Notes: a model not told the origin generated them from the sequence alone. Positions 1 to 10,141 are shown, counted from the stretch's first letter. The stretch: 49,262 nt of DNA from an uncultured Gemmatimonadota bacterium (GCA_964490075.1 CAZBBK010000040.1:1-49262), one strand, 5' to 3'. Made by a program: numbers and translations.

Positions 1-2
1 CC

Positions 3-1274
3 GGGGAGCTGCTCGGGGTCGGCGGGGCCTGGCTGCTCCTGGCGCGGCGTTTCAAGCGCCTCACCGATCGTTACGATTCGGTCACCGTGCCGGATTACCT
101 GGAGTCACGCTTTCGGGACTCCTCGCAACACTTGCGAATCGTCGCGGCGGCGGCCCTGGTGGTGTTCGTGACGATCTACGTCAGCGCCCAGATCGACGCC
201 ACCGGGCAGGCCTTCGAGAAGTTCCTGGGCTGGAACTACTTCGCCGGTGCCATCGCCGGCTTCGCCGTGGTGCTGCTCTACACCGCGGGCGGTGGATTCC
301 TGGCGGTGGTCTGGTCGGATGTCTTTCAGGGATTGATGATGTTCCTGGGGCTGGTGGCGCTGCCCCTGGTGGCGCTGACCGGGATCGGTGGGATCGATCC
401 CTTGCTGGCGGGTCTGCGCGCCCAGGATCCCTCCCTCCTCGGCTTCGCGCCGGCGGCCGGGGCGGTGCAGGTGGCGTCGACGATCGCGCTGCTCTGCATC
501 GGCATCGGCTTTCTCGGGTCGCCACAGATCTTCGTGCGTTTCCTGGCGTTACGCTCGGAGCGCGAGATCGGGCGCGGGGCGGCGGTGGCGCTCGTCTGGA
601 CGCTCTTGGCCGACTCGGGGGCGGTGGTGATCGGGCTGGCGGCGCGGCATCTCATGGGGGTCTCGGGCGAGGCGGCGCTGCCCGACCTGGTCGAGCATCT
701 GCTGCCGGGCTTCGCCGTCGGCCTCTACATCGCCATCGTGCTGGCGGCGATCATGTCGACCGCCGACTCGTTGCTGGTGCTGGCGACCAGCGCCCTGGTG
801 CGCGACTGGTACCAGAAAGTGTTGCATCCAGGTTTCGCCGACGCGGAGCTGGTGGCGACCAGCCGCAAGGCGACCCTGCTCCTGGCCGGCGCCGCGCTCG
901 CCTTGTCGCTGGCGGTGGCGCTGGCGACCCCCGATCGCACCATCTTCTGGTTCGTGATCTTCGGCTGGTCGGGGATCGCGGCGACCTTCTGCCCGACCAT
1001 CATCCTCTCTCTCTACTGGTCGCGCTTTACGGCGCGGGGCGCGCTGGCGGCGATGGTGACCGGTTTCGTCTGCGTGCCGCTCTTCAAGTTCGCCGCTCCG
1101 GCGTTGCCCGGCGTCGGACCGGTGTTGGGGGCGCTCGAGGAGCTGGTGCCGGCCTTCGTGCTCTCGAGCCTGGCCGGGATCGGAGTGAGCCTGGTCGATC
1201 GGCCGGGGCGGGAGGCGGTGGCGGAGGTGGCGGGGGAGATCGCGGAGGCGCGGCGGCGGGGGGGCGCGGGGTAG
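3..1274 (+). CDS. Sodium:solute symporter (PutP-like Na+/proline symporter family), 5'-truncated by the window edge
   Basis: Frame is open from position 3 (GELLGV...RFKRLTDRYDSVTVPDYLESRF). SSS motifs: 'YTAGGGFLAVVWSDVFQG', 'GFLGSPQIFVRF', 'LAAIMSTADSLL'. Many TM helices. Confidence 0.9.
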   Translation, partial: GELLGVGGAWLLLARRFKRLTDRYDSVTVPDYLESRFRDSSQHLRIVAAAALVVFVTIYVSAQIDATGQAFEKFLGWNYFAGAIAGFAVVLLYTAGGGFLAVVWSDVFQGLMMFLGLVALPLVALTGIGGIDPLLAGLRAQDPSLLGFAPAAGAVQVASTIALLCIGIGFLGSPQIFVRFLALRSEREIGRGAAVALVWTLLADSGAVVIGLAARHLMGVSGEAALPDLVEHLLPGFAVGLYIAIVLAAIMSTADSLLVLATSALVRDWYQKVLHPGFADAELVATSRKATLLLAGAALALSLAVALATPDRTIFWFVIFGWSGIAATFCPTIILSLYWSRFTARGALAAMVTGFVCVPLFKFAAPALPGVGPVLGALEELVPAFVLSSLAGIGVSLVDRPGREAVAEVAGEIAEARRRGGAG

Positions 1275-1510
1275 CGGGTCCTTTCTCGTTCGAGGGCGGC
1301 CTTCGCGCGCAAAAGGCGCCGGCCTTGGGTTAGGGTGGAGAGAGCAGCAGCGTCTTCCCGGGGGGGCACCCGCAGGACGAGCGCCGGACCGGCGGCCGCG
1401 CATGGGCGCCGGTGCGAACGATCGGCCTGGTTCCGCGGACCGGTGACCACCGAGACGGGGGGCTCCCGCAGCCTCTCCCGGGATCCACCCCCCCGTGCCG
1501 GAGGCCCCCG

Positions 1511-4500
1511 ATGCACCCGTCCGCCTGGGCTCGAATCCCGCGCCCCCTCCTCGTCGTCCTGCTGGCCGCCTGCGCGGCGGCCCCGGCCAATGCGCTCACC
1601 AGCCACGGCGGCACCATCTCGGCCGACGAGACCTGGACCGGCGCCGGCGAGGTGCACCTGATCACCTCCGACGTCACGGTCGCGAGCGGCGTCACGCTGA
1701 CCCTGGAGCCGGGGGCAATCGTCAAGTTCCAGGCGCGCTACCATCTGAGCGTGAACGGCACGCTGCTCTCCGAGGGCACCGCGCTCGACCCCATCACCTT
1801 CACCTCCTACAAGGACGACACGGTTGGCGGCGACACCAACGGCGACGCCGATGCCACCACGCCGGCGGGCGGCGACTGGTGGCGGATCAACTTCACCAAC
1901 AGCCCCGGCTCCGAGCTCAGCTACACCAACATCCGCTACGGCGGCTACCAGAGTCACTACACCAACCGCCGCGGCATGGTCTTTCTCAAATACACCACCT
2001 TCGTCGACCCGGCGCCGCTGCTTCAGAACTGCGAGATCACCGACTCTTACGACTACGGCGTCTACTGCGAAGGCGGCTCGGCCAGCGAGCCGACGATCGA
2101 CTCCTGCACCTTCGCCGATGTCCCTACATACGCGGTCTACAACTCGTCGACCAGCGTCTTGCCCTTCGTCACGCAGTGCAGCTTCGACGTGCCCTACGGG
2201 GTCTACGTGCGCTCTTCCAGCGCGGTGACCAACAACACATTCAACGACGCGACCGGGCACGCGATCTACGTCTACACCACGGGTGCGACGATCTCCGGCA
2301 ACACCACCAGCGGATCCACGAACTACGCGGTGCTCTGCGACAACGGCTCCGGTCCGCTGGCCGATCTCTCCGGCAACACCTTCGCCGGCACCGGGCCCTT
2401 CCCGCTGCGCCTGCACGCCGAGGACCTGCGCCGCATCGACGCCAACGGCTTTACCGGCTGGATCGGCGCGCGGGGCTACGAATGCCTCGGCGGCTCGATG
2501 ACGACGACGGCGACCTGGCCCGACTTCTCGGCCTTGCCGCTGGTCCTGACCTACACCACTGCCACCGTCGAGAGCGGCGCCACCCTGACCCTGCGCCCGG
2601 GCTCGATCATCAAGTTCAACGCCCAGACCCATTTCAGCGTGAACGGCACGCTGCTCTCGGAAGGCGACGCTCAGGACCACATCGTCTTCACCTCCTACGA
2701 AGACGACACGGCCGGCGGTGATACCAACGGCGACGGCGCCGCGACCTCGCCCGCGCCCGGCGACTGGTGGCGCATCAATCTCAGCAACAGCGCCGGCTCG
2801 CGCCTGATCTACACCGATGTCCGTTACGGCGGCTACCAGACCCACTACTCCAACCGCCGCGGCATGATCTACCTCAACTACGGCTCCTTCGTCGAGCCGG
2901 CGCCGCTGCTCCAGAGCTGCGCGATCAGCGACTCCTACGACTACGGCGTCTACTGCGAAGGGGCCTCGAGCACGGAGCCGACCATCGACTCCTGCAGCTT
3001 CGACGACGTTCCCGTCTACGCGGTCTACAACAGCTCCACGACGGTTCTGCCCACGGTCTCGCAGTGCAGCTTCGACGTTCCCTACGGGGTCTACGTGCGC
3101 TCTCCCAGCGCGGTGACCGACAACAGCTTCAACGACGCCACCAGCCACGCGATCTACGTCTACACCACGGGCGCGACGATCACCGGCAACACCACCACCG
3201 GCGCCACGGAGTACGCCGTGCTCTGCGACAACGGCTCCGGCCCGATGAGCGATCTCTCGGGCAACACCTTCGCCGGCACCGGACCCTTCCCGGTGCGGCT
3301 GCACACCGAGGACGTGCGGCGCATCGATGACAACAGCTTCGCCGGCTGGAGCGCTGCGCGGGGTTATGAGTGCTTCGGTGGCTCGATGACGACGACGGCG
3401 ACCTGGCCCGACTTCTCCACCTTGCCCCTGGTGCTGACCTACACCACCGCCACCGTGGAGAGCGGCGCCACCCTCACCCTGCAGCCGGGCTCGATCATCA
3501 AGTTCAACGCCCAGACCCATTTCACTGCCAACGGGACGCTGCTTTCCGAGGGGACCGGCGCCGATCATATCGTCTTCACCTCCTACGAGGACGACACGGC
3601 CGGCGGTGATACCAACGGCGACGGCGATGCGACGCTGCCGGCCGCGGGCGACTGGTGGCGCATCAATCTCACCAATAGCTCCGGCTCGCGCCTGATCTAC
3701 ACCGATGTCCGTTACGGCGGCTACCAGAATCACTACTCGAACCGCCGTGGCATGATCTACCTATACTACGGCTCCTTCGTCGAGCCGGCGCCGCTGCTCC
3801 AGAACTGCGCGATCACCGACTCCTACGACTATGGCGTCTACTGCGAGGGGAGCTCGAGCACGGAGCCGACGATCGACTCCTGCAGCTTCGACGAGGTTCC
3901 CGTCTACGCGGTCTACAACAGCTCCACGACGGTTCTGCCCACGGTCTCGCAGTGCAGCTTCGACGTTCCCTACGGGGTCTACGTGCGCTCTCCCAGCGCG
4001 GTGACCGACAACAGCTTCAACGACGCCACCAGCCACGCGATCTACGTCCACACCACGGGCGCGACGATCACCGGCAACACCACCACCGGCGCCACCAGCT
4101 ACGCCGTGCTCTGCGACAACGGCGCGGGTCCGATGAGCGATCTTTCGGGCAACACCTTCGCCGGCACCGGTCCCTTCCCGGTGCGGCTGCATGCCGAGGA
4201 CGTGCGGCGCATCGACGACAACAGTTTCGCCGGCTGGAGCGGCGCGCGGGGTTATGAGTGCTTCGGCGGCTCGATGACGACGAGCGCGACCTGGCCGGAC
4301 TTCTCCACGCTGCCGCTGGTCATGACTTACACCACCACCACGATCGACGCCGCCGCCACGCTCGCCTTGACTCCCGGGTCGATCATCAAGTTCAACGCCC
4401 AGACCCATTTCGATGTGAACGGCACCCTGCTCTCCGAAGGGACCGACGCCGACCACATCGTCTTCACCTCGTACAAGGACGACGCGGCTGGTGGTGACAC

Positions 4501-6778
4501 CAACGGCGATGGCGACGCGACCTTGCCGGCGCCCGGCAACTGGTGGCGCATCAATTTCACCAACAGCGAGGGATCACGCCTCGTCTACGCCGACATCCGC
4601 TACGGGGGCTACTATAATCACTACTCCAATCGCCGCGGCATGGTCTTTCTGAACTACAGCTCCTTTGTCGAGCCGGCGCCGGTGATCCAGAACTGTGCAA
4701 TCACCGACTCGTACGACTACGGTGTCTACTGCGAAGGGGGTTCGAGCACGGAGCCGACGATCGACTCCTGCACCTTTGCCGACGTGCCGGCCTTTGCCGT
4801 CTACAACACATCGACCGCCATCCTTCCCGGTGTGTCACAGTGCAGCTTCGACGTGCCCTACGGGGTCTACGTGCGCTCGGCCAGCAGCGTGACCGACAAC
4901 ACTTTCGCCGACGCCACGAGCTACGCGATCTACATCAACGGCAGTGGTGCCGGAGTGACCGGCAACACCACGACCGGCAGCACCGGATGGGGCCTCTACA
5001 CCGAGAGCGGATCGTTGGGGACGCTGTCCGGAAACAGCTTCTCGGGCACCGGCACCCACCCCGTGCGGATGCATCCCAACGACCTGCGCTGGCTGACCAG
5101 CAACACCTTCGACTGGCCGCTGGCCTGGACCTACCAGATCATGAGCGGTACCCTCACCGAGAACGCGACCTGGCGGGCACTGGAAGTGCCTTACGAGGTG
5201 GTCGGATCGTTCACCATCGACGGCGGCGACACCCTGACCATCGACGCCGCCACCATCGTCAAGATGAACCGCTGCTCGGTGACCATCAACGGGGGGTTCT
5301 ACTGCGAAGGCGTGGCGGGTGCGCCGGTGGTGTTCACTTCGATCAAAGACGACACCTGGGGCGGCGACAGCAACGGTGACGGAGCCGGGACCACGCCGGT
5401 GGCCGGCGACTGGTATCACATCCGCTACACCTCGTCGGCGTCGGGCGGGCAGCTCGACCACGTGGTGCTGCCCTACGGCGGCTACGGCAACGGCTATACA
5501 CTGCGCGTCGAGAGCATCAGCCCGGCGATCAACGACCTGACGATCGAGAATGGCTCGACGCACGGGCTCTACCTGAGCGGGGGCTGCGCCTCGCAGATCG
5601 CGCGCAGCACATTCAGCGGAGCCACCTACGGAGTGTTTTCCGAGCAAGGCTCCAACCCCACATTCACCGACTGCAACATCACCGGCAACTCGAGCTGGGG
5701 TATCTACAACGCCGACTCGGGCACCACCGTGAGCGCCGAGAACTGCTGGTGGGGCAGCGACACCGGGCCTTATCACGCCGGCACCAATCCGAGCGGAACG
5801 GGCGACGCGGTGACCGACTACGTCGATTTCACACCCTGGCGTGATATCGAGTACACAGCGAACGCGATCGTCGTCACCTTGACGCCTTATCAGTCGATCG
5901 TGCCGCGCGGCGGCACCGGGGACTTCAAGGAGACGCTGACCAACACCAGCGATACGTCGGAGAGCTTCACGCACCGCTTTCGAGTTCTGGACGCAGGGGG
6001 CGATCCCTACCATTCCTTTGCGCCCACTTCGGTGACTCTGGCCGCGGGAGAGACTCAAACGACGCTCTATTCGATGAAGGTCCCGGTGGGCACGCCGCTG
6101 GGCATCTATACCGTGGAGGCCAGGGCCTACGAGGGCCCGACCGTGCTCGATGTCGACAGCTTCCAGGTCGAAGTGATCGATGTTGCGGGTGCCGTGCCGG
6201 AAGGCGAGCCGGAGGGCGAGCCGGTGCTGGCCGCCGGCGGAGCGGGGGCGGCGGGCCGTGGTGGAGCGGCCGCGGGGGCGGCGCGGGCGCGCACGAGCGC
6301 GGCGGCCGAGGCCGAAGGGGCGGGGTGGATCGTGGAGATCGTGGAGCGGACGAGCTCGATCCGGGGAGCGATCGCCGTCGCGGAGGGCGAGCGACTGTTG
6401 GAGGCGGAGGCCGGCTTCGAAGCGGCAGGCGAGGCGAACGAGGGCGATCAGTCGCTCGATTCTCCGGCGGCGGATCAGGGCCGACCGCAGCTCCCGGCGC
6501 CTCGCTTCGGGCTCGGCCCGGCCGCGCCCAACCCCTTCAATCCTTCGACCCTGCTGCGTTTCGCGGTCGAGGAGGCGGGGCCGCTGTCGCTGCGCATCTA
6601 CGACAGCGCTGGTCGCCTGGTGCGTACCCTGGCCGAGGGGGAGCGCCAGGCCGGCTACTACTCGATCCGCTGGAAAGGAGACAACGAGCAGGGCCGCGGC
6701 GTACCGAGCGGGGTCTACAGCGCGGTGCTGATCGCCGGCAAGGAACGCGCTCTGCGGCGCCTGGTGCTAGTGAAGTAG
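1511..6778 (+). CDS. Large secreted right-handed beta-helix repeat protein: four 296-aa repeats, an Ig-like domain and a C-terminal FlgD-Ig domain
   Basis: GGAGG RBS before ATG 1511; signal peptide ending ...AAAPANA; repeated 'IxFTSYxDDTxGGDTNGDG...GDWWRI'; 'AENCWWG..GPYH..NPSG.GD'; C-terminus 'PNPFNPST...IYD..GRLVRTL..G....G.Y...W.G....G..VPSGVY'. Confidence 0.85.
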   Translation: MHPSAWARIPRPLLVVLLAACAAAPANALTSHGGTISADETWTGAGEVHLITSDVTVASGVTLTLEPGAIVKFQARYHLSVNGTLLSEGTALDPITFTSYKDDTVGGDTNGDADATTPAGGDWWRINFTNSPGSELSYTNIRYGGYQSHYTNRRGMVFLKYTTFVDPAPLLQNCEITDSYDYGVYCEGGSASEPTIDSCTFADVPTYAVYNSSTSVLPFVTQCSFDVPYGVYVRSSSAVTNNTFNDATGHAIYVYTTGATISGNTTSGSTNYAVLCDNGSGPLADLSGNTFAGTGPFPLRLHAEDLRRIDANGFTGWIGARGYECLGGSMTTTATWPDFSALPLVLTYTTATVESGATLTLRPGSIIKFNAQTHFSVNGTLLSEGDAQDHIVFTSYEDDTAGGDTNGDGAATSPAPGDWWRINLSNSAGSRLIYTDVRYGGYQTHYSNRRGMIYLNYGSFVEPAPLLQSCAISDSYDYGVYCEGASSTEPTIDSCSFDDVPVYAVYNSSTTVLPTVSQCSFDVPYGVYVRSPSAVTDNSFNDATSHAIYVYTTGATITGNTTTGATEYAVLCDNGSGPMSDLSGNTFAGTGPFPVRLHTEDVRRIDDNSFAGWSAARGYECFGGSMTTTATWPDFSTLPLVLTYTTATVESGATLTLQPGSIIKFNAQTHFTANGTLLSEGTGADHIVFTSYEDDTAGGDTNGDGDATLPAAGDWWRINLTNSSGSRLIYTDVRYGGYQNHYSNRRGMIYLYYGSFVEPAPLLQNCAITDSYDYGVYCEGSSSTEPTIDSCSFDEVPVYAVYNSSTTVLPTVSQCSFDVPYGVYVRSPSAVTDNSFNDATSHAIYVHTTGATITGNTTTGATSYAVLCDNGAGPMSDLSGNTFAGTGPFPVRLHAEDVRRIDDNSFAGWSGARGYECFGGSMTTSATWPDFSTLPLVMTYTTTTIDAAATLALTPGSIIKFNAQTHFDVNGTLLSEGTDADHIVFTSYKDDAAGGDTNGDGDATLPAPGNWWRINFTNSEGSRLVYADIRYGGYYNHYSNRRGMVFLNYSSFVEPAPVIQNCAITDSYDYGVYCEGGSSTEPTIDSCTFADVPAFAVYNTSTAILPGVSQCSFDVPYGVYVRSASSVTDNTFADATSYAIYINGSGAGVTGNTTTGSTGWGLYTESGSLGTLSGNSFSGTGTHPVRMHPNDLRWLTSNTFDWPLAWTYQIMSGTLTENATWRALEVPYEVVGSFTIDGGDTLTIDAATIVKMNRCSVTINGGFYCEGVAGAPVVFTSIKDDTWGGDSNGDGAGTTPVAGDWYHIRYTSSASGGQLDHVVLPYGGYGNGYTLRVESISPAINDLTIENGSTHGLYLSGGCASQIARSTFSGATYGVFSEQGSNPTFTDCNITGNSSWGIYNADSGTTVSAENCWWGSDTGPYHAGTNPSGTGDAVTDYVDFTPWRDIEYTANAIVVTLTPYQSIVPRGGTGDFKETLTNTSDTSESFTHRFRVLDAGGDPYHSFAPTSVTLAAGETQTTLYSMKVPVGTPLGIYTVEARAYEGPTVLDVDSFQVEVIDVAGAVPEGEPEGEPVLAAGGAGAAGRGGAAAGAARARTSAAAEAEGAGWIVEIVERTSSIRGAIAVAEGERLLEAEAGFEAAGEANEGDQSLDSPAADQGRPQLPAPRFGLGPAAPNPFNPSTLLRFAVEEAGPLSLRIYDSAGRLVRTLAEGERQAGYYSIRWKGDNEQGRGVPSGVYSAVLIAGKERALRRLVLVK
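1712..5250 (+). repeat. Intragenic tandem repeat, 888-bp (296-aa) unit, 4 copies with a degenerate fifth starting near 5250
   Basis: The Gly codon of G(A/S)I(V/I)KF falls at 1712, 2600, 3488 and 4376, exactly 888 bp apart. Copies 2 and 3 are nearly identical at DNA level. Confidence 0.92.
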
Positions 6779-6784
6779 AAGAAT

Positions 6785-9490
6785 GTGTCGATTGCCCCTC
6801 GTCAGAGCTCGATCGGGCGCCCTCGTCTGTGCCGCAACCCGCGGCGGCCAGGGCGGAGTCTGGTGATGCTGGCGGCTTTGAGCAGCGCACCGCTCTCCGG
6901 CGCCTTCGGCGGCGTTCCGAGCTTCGCTGGGCTCGGGGACCCTTGGCATCCGCACTCCTGGTTGGGCTATGAGACCGAGTGGAGCTCCGCCGCGTCCGAC
7001 CGGCACGCGATCTTCCAGGAGCACGGCGAATGGAGCGGTGGGCCCGGTCATGACCGTTTCTATCTCGGCTACTGGATCCCCTCGCGCGCGGGTCTCGGCA
7101 TCGGTCGCCAGCGGCCGCTCACCGAGCTGGTCCTCTTCGACACCGCGCTGCCCTTCGAAGGGGTGCAGGCCGCGGCCGGCGGCGAGAGCTGGTGGCTGGC
7201 CGGCATCGCCGGCAGGACGCAGGAGTCGGGCCTCTACGGGGCGGGCGGAGCGTTCGCCGATCCTCTGAGCGCGGCGGCCGTCGACTGGGTCTTGCCGGGA
7301 GAGCTGGAGCTGCGGGGTGCGGTCGCCGACTGGGGCGATGCTTCCACCGGTGTACATGATCCGGGCGCTCTGGTGTCGCTCAGGGCCGCGCCCGGTGGCT
7401 CCTTCGAGGCCGGCGGCGCCCTCGGCGTGTTCTGGGGCGAGGACGGAGGGGAGGCGGACCGGCGGGCCTTCGAGTGGGATTTTCTGACGCAGGGCTCTGA
7501 GCACTTCCTATCGTTGCGACACGAGCGTCGCGAAGCCGGCTATTCGCGCCTGGGGGCCCCGGTGGCGCGCGCCGGTTGGGATCGGGCGAGCCTCGGCGGT
7601 CGCTTGTCGATCGGGCGGCGCTGGGACTGGATCCACCAGTCGTGGATGCAGCGCGGCCGCTATCCGCGGGCGCAGCTGGTGTCGGGCGCGGAGCAATGGC
7701 GCTCCTTCCTGAGAGAGGAGCTGAGCTGGCGCGGCGCGGCGTCCGAACTGCAGGCGGAGCTGCTCTACCGCGACACATCCGTGCCCTCTACCCGGATCGG
7801 AGCCCGGGGACGAGCACGCGACGCTGTTGTTCCCGAGCTGGAGCTCGGTGTCTGGGGGCGGCTCGATGCCGGGCGCCCATGGCGCTGGAGCGAGCTCTTG
7901 ATCGGCACCGGTGACAGCTTCGATGGGGACCGGCGTCACTGGAGCGCCAGAGGGCGGCTGCTGGGCGGCGCGCTGGGCGGTGGCGAGCCGACACTGCTCT
8001 CGACCTCGCTCCATCTCGACCGGCAAAGCGACGACGACCGTGATTTCTGGGCCGCCGACTGGCAGCTCTCCCTCGCGCCGGGGGCGGATCCGGGCGAGCG
8101 GATGCGGAGCACCCTGAGAGTGCGCGGCTCCGGCGACCTCGGCGCACGCACCGATTTGCACTGCTCGGCCGCGCTGCGCGCCGATCAGGACGGGATCGTT
8201 TCGGCCAGCCTCGATGGAGGCGCTGCGATCACTCTGGGCCCGAGCAATCGGATCGCGGGCAGCTACACGTTGATCGTGACCAGGATGCGGCCCGCGCTGT
8301 GGGGCCGAACATCCCAGCTCGGTCTGCTCTGGCAGCAGTCTTTCGGCGGCCCGAAGGAGCGGATCTGGCGCGAGAAGCTGTTGCCGAGTCTCCGGGTCCG
8401 GGTCAGCGCCCGGCCACGGCGCGGGCCGGGAGAGGCCGAGCCGATGGCGAACGTCACGGTGCGTTTGAACGACGCGATCGGCGCCAGAACCGACGCCACC
8501 GGCTGGGCGCGTTTCGCGCGCCTCGATCCCGGCCCCTACCATGTTGCGCTCGACTCCTTCGAGCTGGGTCCCAACTACGGTCCGAGCACCCACCTGAGCC
8601 GCGATATCGTGCTGCCCAGCGCCACCGAGAAGACCCTGCGCTTCGGCCTGCGGGCGAGCTGCTCGGTGCTGGCGGTGGTGTGGAACGATATCGACGGCGA
8701 GGGGGAGCTGCCTTTTGGCTACGTTCCGATCCCAGAGGTTCCCTTGATCGTCGACGGGATCGAGACCTTCGAGACCGACTCCACCGGCTCGTTGCTGCTC
8801 CCGAACCGCTACCCCGGTGCCCATCGAATCGCGCTCGATCTGGAGCGCCTCGATCCGCGCCTGCATGCCACGACCGAGACCGAGCAAGGGCTCGAGCTGG
8901 TTCCCGGTTCGGAGCTGGTAGCGCGCTTCGGCCTGCGCGCCTTCGGGAGGCTCGGGGGCCGCCTGCTGCTGCAGGTCGGGCCGGGAGAGGCGCCCTCGCC
9001 CGGGCCGGCCGGCGTCGACATCTATGCAAACGGGCGGTGGATCGCCGAGACCGACGCCGGCGGTCGCTTCGAGACCGAGGCTCCGGTCGGCCGGCTGGCG
9101 CTGGAGGCCCGCCTGCGCGCGCTGCCCCGAGCGCCGATCGCTCCAGTGTCGGCGATCACCATGGTGCGGGTCGGCCTCGACGAGAGGGTGGAAGCAGAGC
9201 TGGTGCTGCCGCGCCACTGCCGTCTGCGGGTGCGGATCACCGACGAGCAGGGCGCCGGCTCCGCAGCCTCCGGGATTCCGGTGGAAATCGTCGGCGGTGC
9301 GTTTCAGTATGCGTCGCACCAGGGCGAGGTACTCTTCGACCGGCTGGAGCCCGGTCCGATCACGGTCCAGATGCTGCCGGACTACCTGCCCCAAACCCAC
9401 CAGCTGGTGTCGCCACCTCGCACCGAGCTGGTCCTCGAGCTCGGCGAGGAGATGGAGCTGGAGCTGCTGATTCGGAGGCGCGGGCGATGA
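6785..9490 (+). CDS. Putative outer-membrane beta-barrel (usher-like) protein with four C-terminal prealbumin/SdrB-like domains
   Basis: N-terminal hydrophobic segment, then ~500 aa of Gly/Trp-rich alternating strands. From ~8380 there are four repeats such as 'ANVTVRLND..ARTDATG.ARF..LDPGPY.VALD' and 'VVWNDIDGEG...IPEVPLIVDG...TDSTG...PGAHRIALD'. Start uncertain (GTG 6785 or ATG 6866). Confidence 0.6.
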   Translation: MSIAPRQSSIGRPRLCRNPRRPGRSLVMLAALSSAPLSGAFGGVPSFAGLGDPWHPHSWLGYETEWSSAASDRHAIFQEHGEWSGGPGHDRFYLGYWIPSRAGLGIGRQRPLTELVLFDTALPFEGVQAAAGGESWWLAGIAGRTQESGLYGAGGAFADPLSAAAVDWVLPGELELRGAVADWGDASTGVHDPGALVSLRAAPGGSFEAGGALGVFWGEDGGEADRRAFEWDFLTQGSEHFLSLRHERREAGYSRLGAPVARAGWDRASLGGRLSIGRRWDWIHQSWMQRGRYPRAQLVSGAEQWRSFLREELSWRGAASELQAELLYRDTSVPSTRIGARGRARDAVVPELELGVWGRLDAGRPWRWSELLIGTGDSFDGDRRHWSARGRLLGGALGGGEPTLLSTSLHLDRQSDDDRDFWAADWQLSLAPGADPGERMRSTLRVRGSGDLGARTDLHCSAALRADQDGIVSASLDGGAAITLGPSNRIAGSYTLIVTRMRPALWGRTSQLGLLWQQSFGGPKERIWREKLLPSLRVRVSARPRRGPGEAEPMANVTVRLNDAIGARTDATGWARFARLDPGPYHVALDSFELGPNYGPSTHLSRDIVLPSATEKTLRFGLRASCSVLAVVWNDIDGEGELPFGYVPIPEVPLIVDGIETFETDSTGSLLLPNRYPGAHRIALDLERLDPRLHATTETEQGLELVPGSELVARFGLRAFGRLGGRLLLQVGPGEAPSPGPAGVDIYANGRWIAETDAGGRFETEAPVGRLALEARLRALPRAPIAPVSAITMVRVGLDERVEAELVLPRHCRLRVRITDEQGAGSAASGIPVEIVGGAFQYASHQGEVLFDRLEPGPITVQMLPDYLPQTHQLVSPPRTELVLELGEEMELELLIRRRGR

Positions 9491-10119
9491 AGCAACGCAT
9501 CGGCGGAGTCCGATCGGTGCTGCTCTCGGCGGGCGTGACCTGCGCCCTGACGATCGCTTCGGCGGGCGCACAGGCGATCGAGCGCCCGCGGCGAGGCGGC
9601 GTCGAGCAGCGCCGCACCTACGTCGAGGTCAGCGGAGCGCTGCGCTTCCCCGCGACCACGCTGCGCGGCCGGGAGATCGTGGTCGCGGCGGTGGAGGCGC
9701 CGACGGTTCGTCTCGGAACCGACCGCGACGCCGGGTTCCACGTCACGATCCAGGCGGGCGACTTCGAGAACGAGCGTGGGGCGACGATCCCGGCGCTCGG
9801 GCTGAGGTTTCGCGCCGAGCGCGGCGTGATCGTCGCGGCCGAGCTTCCCGAAGTGTCGGCGACGCTCTTTGAAGTTGGACGGCGAGTCCTGCGCGATGGC
9901 CGGGGGGAGCCCGATGGGGGCGGCGCGGAGCTGCCGCGCGAGACTCATTCCGAGGGCAGTCTGCGGCATCCGCTCACAGTGTTGACCGGCCCGGCCTTCG
10001 CGCCGGGCGAGTTCGTCTATCGACCCGATCCCGATTCGTTTTGGCTCACGATTCCCGCCAACGTGCACGCGGGCGATTTCACCGCAACCCTCACGGTCAG
10101 TATCGTCGTTGGACCATGA
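9487..10119 (+). CDS. Secreted WxL-like protein, paralog of 13791-14363 (putative minor subunit)
   Basis: ATGA overlap with the upstream stop; signal peptide ...SAGAQA. Aligns with the WxL gene: LRFPATTLRGREIV vs LAFASQTLTGNDIV; GFHVTIQAGDF vs GWTLTLAAADY; LTIPANVHAGDFTATLTVSI vs LTIPAVTKAGSYTSDLTATV. Confidence 0.75.
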   Translation: MKQRIGGVRSVLLSAGVTCALTIASAGAQAIERPRRGGVEQRRTYVEVSGALRFPATTLRGREIVVAAVEAPTVRLGTDRDAGFHVTIQAGDFENERGATIPALGLRFRAERGVIVAAELPEVSATLFEVGRRVLRDGRGEPDGGGAELPRETHSEGSLRHPLTVLTGPAFAPGEFVYRPDPDSFWLTIPANVHAGDFTATLTVSIVVGP

Positions 10120-10141
10120 GGACGCGAACGGAGACCTCCAG

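Noticed and set aside
1013-6058. Long minus-strand ORFs (1013-3733, 3761-4456, 4835-6058)
   Set aside because: Antisense shadows of the repeat gene. High-GC codon bias suppresses stops, and the translations have no recognisable motifs.
8299-9486. N-terminal 396 aa of ORF 8299-10119
   Set aside because: Arg/Pro-rich off-frame overlap of the barrel gene. The real start is ATG 9487, which has a signal peptide.
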